Source: an uncultured Calditrichaceae bacterium
GTDB taxonomy: Bacteria; Calditrichota; Calditrichia; RBG-13-44-9; J075
Assembly (NCBI GenBank): GCA_964471235.1
Contig: CAYYGL010000003.1
Location: 1 to 60,859 of the forward strand
DNA length: 60,859 bases
Reading direction: 5' to 3'
Notes under the pieces: model-generated
What the model saw: only the letters and a program-made list of their open reading frames with translations
The model's database searches: none
What the model was told of the DNA's origin: nothing
Program-made: the position numbers and the translations under genes
Part shown: piece after piece, positions 27,135 through 36,198 of the stretch
Numbering within the stretch: the stretch's first letter is position 1
How the letters are laid out: each line of letters opens with the position of its first letter

Positions 27135-28094
27135 TTAAAATTCTTGCATATAGTCGACAACGTATTGGGGACGCCGCTTGGCTTCAATAAACGTTTTCCC
27201 CAGGTATTCCCCGATGACCCCCAGGAACAGAAGCTGGATACCGGCTAAAAAGAAAAGGGAGGTTGCCAGGGTGGCAAACCCGGGAATCGGTTGTCCGAAC
27301 ATGAGTTTTTCAAACAGAATATATAAGGCGAACATGAAGCTAAACAGGGAGATAAACAACCCTACATAAATGGAGATTCGCAGCGGTTTGATGGAAATTG
27401 CCATCATACTATTGATGGCTAATTTGATCAGGGAGAACAGGGAGTACCTGGAATCTCCGTATTTTCGTTCCCGGGGGGTATAATCGATTTGGGTATATTT
27501 TAACCCGATCAAATCCAATATCCCTCTGCCGAAAAAAAAGCTCTCATTGAATAATTTCACCCGGTCCACTGCTTTGCGATTCAGCACTTTAAAATCAGTT
27601 AAATGAACTTCAAACCCACTTAAAAAATTCAGAAATTTGTTAAACCAACGGGAGGCAAACTTCCGGTATATGGGACCGAAATTATAGTCTTTCTTGACAA
27701 TGTGAACGATGTCATATCCCTGTTCAAGATATTCCAGGGCTTCTAAAATTTTATCCGGTGGATGCTGCAAATCCGCATCCATAATGGAGCAGATCTCTCC
27801 CCGGGCATGGTCCATCCCACATTTAATCGCCAGGTCTTTCCCATGATTTCGGGAGAGGCGGATATAAGTCAGTGTCATCCCCTCTGGCTTTGGGATATTT
27901 TTGATTACCTGTTCTGTATGATCAAAACTGCCATCATCTACCAGGACAACATGTACCGAGAGGAACTTATTGGTTAGCTGCTGATGTATTTCCCGGATTA
28001 AGTCCGGAATATTTTCTTCTTCGTTATAAACGGGGATGATGATGTCGAGAGAGTATGAATATTTGGTTTTCGCCATGGAAATGAGAATATTCAA
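27135..28094 (-). CDS. GT2 polyprenyl-phosphate sugar synthase (ArnC/GtrB-like).
   Basis: 319 aa. DIIIPVYNEEENIPDLI, VLVDDGSFDHT, LSRNHGKDLAIKCGMDHARGEICSIMDADLQHPP, and two C-terminal TM helices. Confidence 0.8.
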   Translation of the reverse strand: MNILISMAKTKYSYSLDIIIPVYNEEENIPDLIREIHQQLTNKFLSVHVVLVDDGSFDHTEQVIKNIPKPEGMTLTYIRLSRNHGKDLAIKCGMDHARGEICSIMDADLQHPPDKILEALEYLEQGYDIVHIVKKDYNFGPIYRKFASRWFNKFLNFLSGFEVHLTDFKVLNRKAVDRVKLFNESFFFGRGILDLIGLKYTQIDYTPRERKYGDSRYSLFSLIKLAINSMMAISIKPLRISIYVGLFISLFSFMFALYILFEKLMFGQPIPGFATLATSLFFLAGIQLLFLGVIGEYLGKTFIEAKRRPQYVVDYMQEF

Positions 28095-28106
28095 TAGATT
28101 GACAAT

Positions 28107-29135
28107 TTAAACAGTTTTACTTCCGGTAAGAGTATGATTTGAAATCTTCCCGGAAGAAATATTCACACCGGAAATAAATTTGTCTGCACATTGCTGTAGA
28201 GTCATCGGTATGATTGTATAACGATTTTGCAAGTACTGCATCAATTCGGCAACCTTTTTAAGAAATTGTTCCACATCTTTGCGAGTTTTATTATAAGGTG
28301 AAGCGCCGGGCAGTAGTTCGGAGGAATGGAACATCATGTTTAATACTCTTACTCCCTGCCCGATAACGGTATCGGCTAAGGCTTGCATTTCTTCTAATGT
28401 GGCATAAGATGGTCTTAACCAAACCAGGTCAATCCCCCAAATTTTTCGCAGCACTCTGCGGATGCCAATATCCGGAAAGTTGGGGTACCACTTTTTCACG
28501 ATGGATGGAATAGGGCGGGTAAAATCCACAGTAAGAGGGATTTCAAGTATCCGGCTATTTCCATGTGTTTCGATATTGTGTTCATTTAGAAAGTAGGGGT
28601 TTAACTCTACCATTCCAAAAACAGGCTCCTCGGAACGATGATTATTTCGTAAGGGAACAATGCTGGTATCGATCGTATAGCCTAATTGCTCTAATACCGG
28701 CACAGTGCTTTCATCAAACCCATACCTGCCGGCACGGTAAGATTTGGGAGTGACTCCGATGATTTCGGTAATGATATTGGTTAAAACTTCCAGCTTATTC
28801 AATTGTAGTTTATTAGGCAGATTATTGGTATACGTATTGGGAATGGTTATTTCTTCTTCGTATGGGGGATTACACCAGGGATGGAGATGGGCACCGATCT
28901 CACAATCGCCAGTCTGCGCTAACGATCGGATGATATCAGCAGAAAAGTCATTGATGATTACCGGGTAATCAATTAAATACGTGGGGCGAATTTCCAGGTG
29001 TTGACAAAATTCCTGGAATGCCGGTAACTGGCGGATATTTTCTACTGTGCATTGCGGATGCCGATGAAACTTCCCTCCCCATAAGCCTTCTTCTTCCGTA
29101 TCTATGGTCAACAGAAAAACGATTTCACGGTTCAT
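28107..29135 (-). CDS. Polysaccharide deacetylase-like protein (WalW/CE4-related; ArnD-like position in the module).
   Basis: 342 aa. VFLLTIDTEEEGLWG and EIGAHLHPWCNPPY. No signal peptide. Confidence 0.6.
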   Translation of the reverse strand: MNREIVFLLTIDTEEEGLWGGKFHRHPQCTVENIRQLPAFQEFCQHLEIRPTYLIDYPVIINDFSADIIRSLAQTGDCEIGAHLHPWCNPPYEEEITIPNTYTNNLPNKLQLNKLEVLTNIITEIIGVTPKSYRAGRYGFDESTVPVLEQLGYTIDTSIVPLRNNHRSEEPVFGMVELNPYFLNEHNIETHGNSRILEIPLTVDFTRPIPSIVKKWYPNFPDIGIRRVLRKIWGIDLVWLRPSYATLEEMQALADTVIGQGVRVLNMMFHSSELLPGASPYNKTRKDVEQFLKKVAELMQYLQNRYTIIPMTLQQCADKFISGVNISSGKISNHTLTGSKTV

Positions 29136-29202
29136 AAAGGTATCCCGAAATCCAATTCGTTGATACGATATTTAATGTTACTTATTTCCGTAATTTTCTG
29201 GC

Positions 29203-30801
29203 TCAGGGGGTTTGAGGAATAGTCGCAGCAGTACCTTTCTTTATAATATTCTCAAAGATTCGTAATTTTTGATTATGAAACACTTCTTTAAACCCACTGC
29301 TGCGAAACATATTGAAAATGTGTTCATCCTCTCCCCAGAAGAGTACATAATCATAAGCCTTTTGAAATTTACTCATATCCATTTTATCTGCGGCTTCAGG
29401 ATAAAAACGCGGTAAAATTTCATCCACCGGTTTGGTGTACTGAATCGGCGCCCTGCCGGTGACATAAGCAAAGCTTAATCCGGTTGCCCCTCCTTTATAG
29501 AAATTGTAATAATTGAACGCCCAACGCAATGGACGAATTTTACCAACAACATATTCTTCCAGATGTACCGGTAGCAGCTTTTTATTTTGTTCTACATAAG
29601 GTAATCCTGATAAATAAATCTCCAGCATTTGATTTGCCGTAATTAAATAATAAGCTGTAAAGCCATAGATGATAAGACTGACAACAACAGAAGTGGTCAA
29701 AAACATATCCCATTGCTTTCGGTGTGAGAAAGGCTTCGGAATCATCAATAACAACACAAAAATATAGGGTAACAGCCTGTTGTTTAGTTTGGGCCAACCA
29801 GCTACTTCAAACGGAAGAATAAAATACATAACCGACAACACAAAGAAGACAAACATAAAAGGATTGCGCTGGATAAACTCTGCTATTTTTTCTTTAAAGG
29901 AGTCATCCGGAACTTCTTTTTGGAGTACTCTCCAATCCTGGTAACCTGTTTTTGCTAATTGATAGAATAGAAACACCAATAATACCCAAAAGACGTATAT
30001 TGCCCCATCCGAAACGCTATAATTCGACATCCGTAAATAATCTTTAATATTTTCAAAGAGGGGATGAAAACGAATCCAATAAGTTTTGCCCCCGGTAACC
30101 AGAGAATGAGAGCGTTGAAGGGTGAATATCAAATATTGCGTAAACAGTAACAAAGAGGGAATTGTTGCAATCAGAACTTTTTTAATCTGGGGTAATGAAT
30201 TCTTTTGGGTTAGTAAGTACAATATGATAATCCCCAGAATCATAAAGAATGAAAAAAAATGGGTTACATAGGTGATCACGAAAAGTAATGCCAACGAGAT
30301 AATCTCGCGGGTTCGAAGCAGGTTCTTATACTTGAAAAAGTACCCCAGAGTAAAAAAACTAAAAGCCAGCCCCATATAATAACTATCATATCCTTTAATA
30401 ACATAATAGTTAAAGGTATAAGCATAAACAGCAAATCCATATAAAGTTTTACGCTGGTCAACATTATAAATTAAATAAAATACGCTGGCAGGTAACAATA
30501 TCAAATTAATGCTAATAACAATTTTATAGGCGGTTAATAAAGGAATTATCAGGGAGAGGAGATAAACTATCGAATGGAAGACCAGGTTTGGTATCAATAG
30601 AAAAAAGAATTGGTAAAAGTCAGAATAATTGAACGCCGGATGAGAAAAATCCCGCATCATTTTAACGATTAAGATATAACCTGGACCATTTTGAGACGGA
30701 AAGTAAAGGTGAGACCACACTAATACCAGGTTAATTATCGTCAAAAGGGCGGCAACCCACAATAATAATTTTTTGTTCAAAATTCCTTGATGAGAAGACA
30801 T
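29203..30801 (-). CDS. Polytopic membrane protein. Possibly the GT-C-type transferase or a polymerase for this module.
   Basis: 532 aa with more than 10 hydrophobic segments, then a soluble domain of about 130 aa at the C-terminus. I saw no diagnostic motif; the call rests on topology and context. Confidence 0.4.
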   Translation of the reverse strand: MSSHQGILNKKLLLWVAALLTIINLVLVWSHLYFPSQNGPGYILIVKMMRDFSHPAFNYSDFYQFFFLLIPNLVFHSIVYLLSLIIPLLTAYKIVISINLILLPASVFYLIYNVDQRKTLYGFAVYAYTFNYYVIKGYDSYYMGLAFSFFTLGYFFKYKNLLRTREIISLALLFVITYVTHFFSFFMILGIIILYLLTQKNSLPQIKKVLIATIPSLLLFTQYLIFTLQRSHSLVTGGKTYWIRFHPLFENIKDYLRMSNYSVSDGAIYVFWVLLVFLFYQLAKTGYQDWRVLQKEVPDDSFKEKIAEFIQRNPFMFVFFVLSVMYFILPFEVAGWPKLNNRLLPYIFVLLLMIPKPFSHRKQWDMFLTTSVVVSLIIYGFTAYYLITANQMLEIYLSGLPYVEQNKKLLPVHLEEYVVGKIRPLRWAFNYYNFYKGGATGLSFAYVTGRAPIQYTKPVDEILPRFYPEAADKMDMSKFQKAYDYVLFWGEDEHIFNMFRSSGFKEVFHNQKLRIFENIIKKGTAATIPQTP

Positions 30802-31273
30802 AAATCCGCTTTATGTTTTTAAAACTTGTAATCAAGTGGTCCAGTCCAACGATGATGCTTTAGAACTCCATCCCCCGGGATTAAAGTATCTTACAGACAC
30901 CCTGCCCTGCACGATAATGTAAAATTTCAGGGATGGTTAAAGATGATTTTTGAAAAGATAACGTTATATGAAATGTAAGAATGGGGATCGGTATATTAAC
31001 GGGTAACTACCCGTAACAAGCTTTTGTTGGGGGGTTCCCCCCATCCCCTGGTAAATTTATTAATGAATATTTTGGGGAACTCCTGAAGCACGAGTGGATA
31101 CCGTTCAAACAATAATCGAAGATTACAGGAGTTCGGAGATATTTGCTACCCTAAGAATACAACCGGGTTTTTTTAAGGAATATAAAGATAAAACGATAAT
31201 GGCATAAAAACAACACCCGGACGGTATCATAAGCAATTTTTTGAAAAGTATGTTCGGAATTTTCCGGCAACAC

Positions 31274-33823
31274 TTATTTTGTTATCCGTAGTCCCTGAGG
31301 CGTTTGGGGTGGAGTGACATCATTGGACTTTGAGATAGAAAAGGTGCCGGATCCGCTGTATTCGAAATACAGGACTCCGTCAGTATCCACCAGAGTGTTT
31401 ACTCCGGGAACCGGGTTACCATCTACATTAACAAAATAAACGCCTGGTTCCAGTCCAGTAATAAAATGACGAACCGTTTTGTTGGTTGAAATTGTATAGC
31501 TCACGGCAGATGCTGGAGTAGCAGTGGTGTTAAAAAGTGCTACCCGGTCTTGATTTACGAATGCTCCGACAAACAGTCCGGTGTTTATAGCGTTCACAGA
31601 AGCCATATTGCTGAGAGTATTGGCATCCCCGATCTGAAGTACCGTTAAAAATTGAGAGGTATTGCTATTTGCCAGATCCTCTATCTCAAGCCGGTAACTA
31701 CCGACTTGTATCCGTTGATAATCCTGCCCCATCGTGCCACTACGATATAAATCGTTTCCTTCGGCATCGGTGAACCAATAATAATTGGTGCCATTTTCAC
31801 CTCCCCGGAGACGAAGCTCGTAATTTGCCGGTTCCAACACTTTGACAAACAACCGTCCATGCAAATTGGCATAATTATTTGTTACTTCCAGAATGCTTCC
31901 GTTCGTTGAAGTCCAGAATCCCGGTTGGACCTGGGTCCAGGAATCATCAATAAGATTTGGCTGATATGCGGTGTGCAGCATCCATCGACGTTTGATAGAC
32001 GGGCTGGTCACATCCACATCATCAAAAATTACGACATATTCTTCATTATTGTAATTAGGGGCGTTGGGGTCCCGTATGTAAAGGAACTTGCGACGAATAT
32101 CATTAACATAGTTTTCGCCTTTATATGCCCGGGTATAATCGTAATCGATATAATCAAATATATCCGGTTCAAAACGAAGGGCTTTCACATCTCCAATATG
32201 ATTCAATCCGCCATTTTGATTGTAGGGATGATAAGGGGTATCGCCTTCTTTTCGATCCCCGGAATTATATTCGTAAAACAAATTGGGAATACTGGTATTG
32301 TAGACTCCAATCGTGTTATGGAAAATCGGATCCCCGGGGTTAAAATTTTTAGGCAGATTCCCGTAGCCGTCGGTACTGGATTTTTCATTTCCGGCATCGA
32401 GCGCCAGACCGCCATACTTATTAATCGTAAAAGCCCCTTCGTCATCATGCTTATGTCCCTTTACGGACCATTTGGGAGTATAAAAATTTATTTTAGTGGC
32501 ATTCGTGGTAGTCAAATCACTTCGAAAAATGGCTTCCCCCAATCCAAAGCGGTAAGATTTGTTGATGCCTGCCTGAGAGGGGGTTTTTTTACTGACATCT
32601 TTTATCCCCCACAGAAACTTCCAGAATAGCCAGGTAGTCCGAATGGAACTGTTTTGTATGTAATCCTGAGAGAGTGCATATTGACTATCTTCCAGCAACC
32701 ATCTGGCAAACCCGGCAATATTGGGATCGGTATTTTTTACATAATGAGCAACCATGCCAATGATTTTCTGAGAGAAGTCCTTGTCCCAACGTTCCATTGC
32801 CCAGGTATCATTGCGCTGGAGCCAAAACGTGCTTCGGCCATTATTACCGTCATTAATTTTGTAAGGCTGAGTTATAAAGAAGAAGCGTATCGGAATGGTT
32901 TTTAACCAATTGTAGGTGTTAATCAGATTTTCCCCGATTGCGGAACTCAAACCGGTAACCAGAAAAGCAAAGTGGTTAAAAGTCTGCCGTTGGTAGCCGG
33001 AACCTTCACTATGGGCGTTATACCCTTCATAAATATATTCTCCGTAGTCCAAAACTTTATCAAAACAAAACCATTGGATAGCATCTTTATACACATTCAA
33101 ACTATCCTGAAAAGATTGTCCGATATCGCTATCTCCAAAAGCAGCTAAAGCCGGAAAAAAAGCAGCGGTATACCACATGGTATTCATACCATTCCCCAGG
33201 GCTTGAGCATGCCCCGGATAGGCATCTATTTTATATTGAGTCTGACGTAGATAAATGGAGGTACTTAAGATGAATTCTTTCTGGCTGGTGGTCAGATAAT
33301 TTGTGCACCAGTCATATACGGTTGCCAATGCTACCGGAATATAGTTCCAATCATTATGGCCGTCAACCAATCCCTGGTTGCGTACCCGGTTATCTATTTC
33401 AACTGCATGCTCATAAGCTTTGGAGGCATATTCGGCAGCCGAGTGAGCAAAGGAATAACTATTGAAATAGCCGGAATGCACCGCATAGCTCAGGAAGGCA
33501 TAATTGGAAGCATCCAGCATCAGATTGTGCCGGTCTTTACCAGATGCCGGTGCACTGTAATTCCCGTCAAGCGCGCCAATGTAGGTTTGAAAATTTGCGG
33601 ATTCATAACTGTTGATATACGGTGCAATTTCATTCTGCAACTCACTATCGGTAAAGAAAACCCGGGGATGAATCCCGTTTGCCAACGGCGATCCGGGCGG
33701 CGGCGTATAAGTTTGAGCCCCGGCACTCCCCCATAGCACGAGGAGAAGTAACATGCTTATTCGATATTTAATCACTGTTTTTCCCATCTCTAAGTTTATG
33801 ATGCTTATTCTCCTTATCGACAT
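31274..33823 (-). CDS. Secreted polysaccharide-lyase-like protein (heparinase II/III / alginate-lyase-like toroid plus beta-sandwich).
   Basis: 849 aa. Signal peptide MLLLLVLWGSAGAQ; the true start is probably the internal MGKTV, about position 33787. KGHKHDDEGAF resembles the heparinase II/III GHxHxD motif. The protein ends TPPQTPQGLRITK. Confidence 0.5.
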   Translation of the reverse strand: MSIRRISIINLEMGKTVIKYRISMLLLLVLWGSAGAQTYTPPPGSPLANGIHPRVFFTDSELQNEIAPYINSYESANFQTYIGALDGNYSAPASGKDRHNLMLDASNYAFLSYAVHSGYFNSYSFAHSAAEYASKAYEHAVEIDNRVRNQGLVDGHNDWNYIPVALATVYDWCTNYLTTSQKEFILSTSIYLRQTQYKIDAYPGHAQALGNGMNTMWYTAAFFPALAAFGDSDIGQSFQDSLNVYKDAIQWFCFDKVLDYGEYIYEGYNAHSEGSGYQRQTFNHFAFLVTGLSSAIGENLINTYNWLKTIPIRFFFITQPYKINDGNNGRSTFWLQRNDTWAMERWDKDFSQKIIGMVAHYVKNTDPNIAGFARWLLEDSQYALSQDYIQNSSIRTTWLFWKFLWGIKDVSKKTPSQAGINKSYRFGLGEAIFRSDLTTTNATKINFYTPKWSVKGHKHDDEGAFTINKYGGLALDAGNEKSSTDGYGNLPKNFNPGDPIFHNTIGVYNTSIPNLFYEYNSGDRKEGDTPYHPYNQNGGLNHIGDVKALRFEPDIFDYIDYDYTRAYKGENYVNDIRRKFLYIRDPNAPNYNNEEYVVIFDDVDVTSPSIKRRWMLHTAYQPNLIDDSWTQVQPGFWTSTNGSILEVTNNYANLHGRLFVKVLEPANYELRLRGGENGTNYYWFTDAEGNDLYRSGTMGQDYQRIQVGSYRLEIEDLANSNTSQFLTVLQIGDANTLSNMASVNAINTGLFVGAFVNQDRVALFNTTATPASAVSYTISTNKTVRHFITGLEPGVYFVNVDGNPVPGVNTLVDTDGVLYFEYSGSGTFSISKSNDVTPPQTPQGLRITK

Positions 33824-33934
33824 CTAATATGATTGAACAAAATTGGTGCCACAATTTCTTCAAAGCACAAAAAGGATTCATTTTCCGAAGTCAATTTTCT
33901 TGTAAAATTATTTTACAAGCATCTGATAAATGGT

Positions 33935-35113
33935 TCACTTTCCTGTGTGTTCTCTCCGAAGTTGTTCTGCCAACAGCACTACTTCCCGGGCGTTCTTTTC
34001 CCAGGTTCGTTTTGTGAGTACTTCCCGGGCAGCGGTTTTGCCAATCGTTTTTCGCCATTCGGCGTTCCGTATCACCTCCTGTAGTTTATCTCTTAAATCC
34101 GATTTATTCTTCGGTTTAAATAGAATTCCCGTCTCACCGGGTTTAATGATATCCCGAATGTTGGTCATATCCGGTGCCACAGTACACTTTCCCATTGCCA
34201 TATATTCCAGAATCTTCATCGGGGAAGAGTAATACGTGACATGAGGACTAATCGCGACATCGAACATGGCGATGTGTTCCGGTACTTCCTGATGAGGAAC
34301 CCTCCCGGTAAAAATCACTTGTTTCTCAATCCCCATCGAGCGAGCTTTTTCCTCCAGTTCCTCCTGGACCGGACCATCACCCACAAAAATCAACTTTAGA
34401 TGATGCTCTGCCGGCTGTAACTCCTGAAATGCTTCTAGCAACATCTCTATATTGTGCCATTTTCTCAACACTCCCACAAAACCTAACACCGTATCATTGG
34501 CACGAATGTGATAACGCTCTCGGAATTTGCCATTATATTTCCCAGGATTAAACACATCCGGGTCGGTACCATTGGGCATCACCACAATTTTATCCGGATG
34601 AGTGCCATGTTCTATCAGATGATTTTTCAGTGCAGTGGAAACCACAATCACCCGATCGGCACCGTTGGTAATTTTAGTTTCAAAATACTGAATCAGACGG
34701 GGGAAATAGATTTTTTCCCAGACCCGCCGTTGGGTGGCATAGGGTGAATTGACTTCCAGAATGACCGGAATCCCCAATTTTTTCCCGGCTAAGATTGCCG
34801 AATAGTTATAACTAATATAGCGATCGTAAATCACATCCGCCTCAAACTGCCGCGCTGCCTTCAAAATCATCCGAAACCCGGTGACGTTATAGGCAACTTC
34901 AATTAGTTCAAAAACAAACCCGGGTAGAAAATTTTTTATCCAGGACCATCTGGATTCCGCCACTCGTTTTTGGGGATTGATCAGTTGCTCTTCACCAATC
35001 AATGATACCAGCTTTACCCGGTGCCCCAGGTGGCGCAGGGCTTTCACAATTTCCCGGATGTGAATCCCTTCCGCACCATCCCCCAATGTGCGATGGTGAT
35101 AAATAAAATTCAT
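33935..35113 (-). CDS. GT4 family glycosyltransferase.
   Basis: 392 aa. ILEYMAMGKCTVAPDMTNIRDIIKPGETGILF (EX7E region) and FVGDGP. Confidence 0.8.
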   Translation of the reverse strand: MNFIYHHRTLGDGAEGIHIREIVKALRHLGHRVKLVSLIGEEQLINPQKRVAESRWSWIKNFLPGFVFELIEVAYNVTGFRMILKAARQFEADVIYDRYISYNYSAILAGKKLGIPVILEVNSPYATQRRVWEKIYFPRLIQYFETKITNGADRVIVVSTALKNHLIEHGTHPDKIVVMPNGTDPDVFNPGKYNGKFRERYHIRANDTVLGFVGVLRKWHNIEMLLEAFQELQPAEHHLKLIFVGDGPVQEELEEKARSMGIEKQVIFTGRVPHQEVPEHIAMFDVAISPHVTYYSSPMKILEYMAMGKCTVAPDMTNIRDIIKPGETGILFKPKNKSDLRDKLQEVIRNAEWRKTIGKTAAREVLTKRTWEKNAREVVLLAEQLRREHTGK

Positions 35114-35118
35114 ACTCC

Positions 35119-36198
35119 CTATGCCCCTTTTACCAACTCGATTTCTTCAATGACCGTATCTTTAATGAAAGGCTTTTTCAAGTTCTTTTTGACCTCTTCC
35201 AGATTTTCCACCACATAGGTTAATTTATCAACCATATCTTGAATATTTTCATTTTCATAGGTAATTGTGCCTTCCGGGCGGGAGCCGTTTTCACTTGCCA
35301 CCACCGGTATATTCAGACTCAGCGACTCCAGCACCGAACTGCTCACTCCATCTTTCACCGGCGTTCGCAAATACAATGTGGAACGGGTTAATGCCGTTAG
35401 GAACATATCATGGTCTAAATCTCCGGCGATATACACATGGTCCGAAAGTCCCAATTCTTTGATTTGCGCTTCAGTGGGCTCTTTACCGATATCATTCCCC
35501 ACAATTAACAAAAAACTTTTCGGGTATTTTTTCCGAAACTCTGCATAGGCGCGGATCATGGAATCAATAAAAAATTCAGGACGAAAACATACATAACAAA
35601 AGATGACCGGATTTCTTTCCCGGAAGATTGCTTCCATACGATCCGGCAATTCCACCTTCTGAAACTGGAGATATTGTCGGCTGAAAGCAGGGATCGGGAA
35701 TATCTTATTGCCGCGAATTCCATAAGTCATGATGTTTTCCTTCACCGCTTCATTATTACATACAATATATTTCGCGGCATGGAACAGATACCAATATACC
35801 GGAGTCAGTAATGGCGCTTTAAATTTGGGGAAATATAGCTGCACCGGTCCGGCATGGAATGTCAGCACCGGTCGTTTAAAGGTTAACAAACTGATGGTGG
35901 TAGACAGCAGGGCAAGCACAAACCCTTTCGGAGAATCCCCGTTCATGTGATGATGAATGGTGAATCCATTTAGACGATGTTTGATAACTTTTTTTACATA
36001 ATCCAATCCGCTTAACACCGGGATAAAATCCCTTCCGGTTAAAAATCTGCCTTTCCCGATATTTAAAACCTGGCAGACATCCCCATTTTTCTCCATCTCC
36101 TGTTTCAGGAAGTAGACCCGCATTCCCCAGCCGGCGCGGGGCGGCGGATAAGAAGTGATATGTAATATTTTGGCGGGACGATGGTTTGAATTAGCCAA
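35119..36198 (-). CDS. GT4-like (GT-B fold) glycosyltransferase.
   Basis: 359 aa. VSSSVLESLSLNIPVVASENGSRPEG and LLIVGND. Confidence 0.7.
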   Translation of the reverse strand: MANSNHRPAKILHITSYPPPRAGWGMRVYFLKQEMEKNGDVCQVLNIGKGRFLTGRDFIPVLSGLDYVKKVIKHRLNGFTIHHHMNGDSPKGFVLALLSTTISLLTFKRPVLTFHAGPVQLYFPKFKAPLLTPVYWYLFHAAKYIVCNNEAVKENIMTYGIRGNKIFPIPAFSRQYLQFQKVELPDRMEAIFRERNPVIFCYVCFRPEFFIDSMIRAYAEFRKKYPKSFLLIVGNDIGKEPTEAQIKELGLSDHVYIAGDLDHDMFLTALTRSTLYLRTPVKDGVSSSVLESLSLNIPVVASENGSRPEGTITYENENIQDMVDKLTYVVENLEEVKKNLKKPFIKDTVIEEIELVKGA

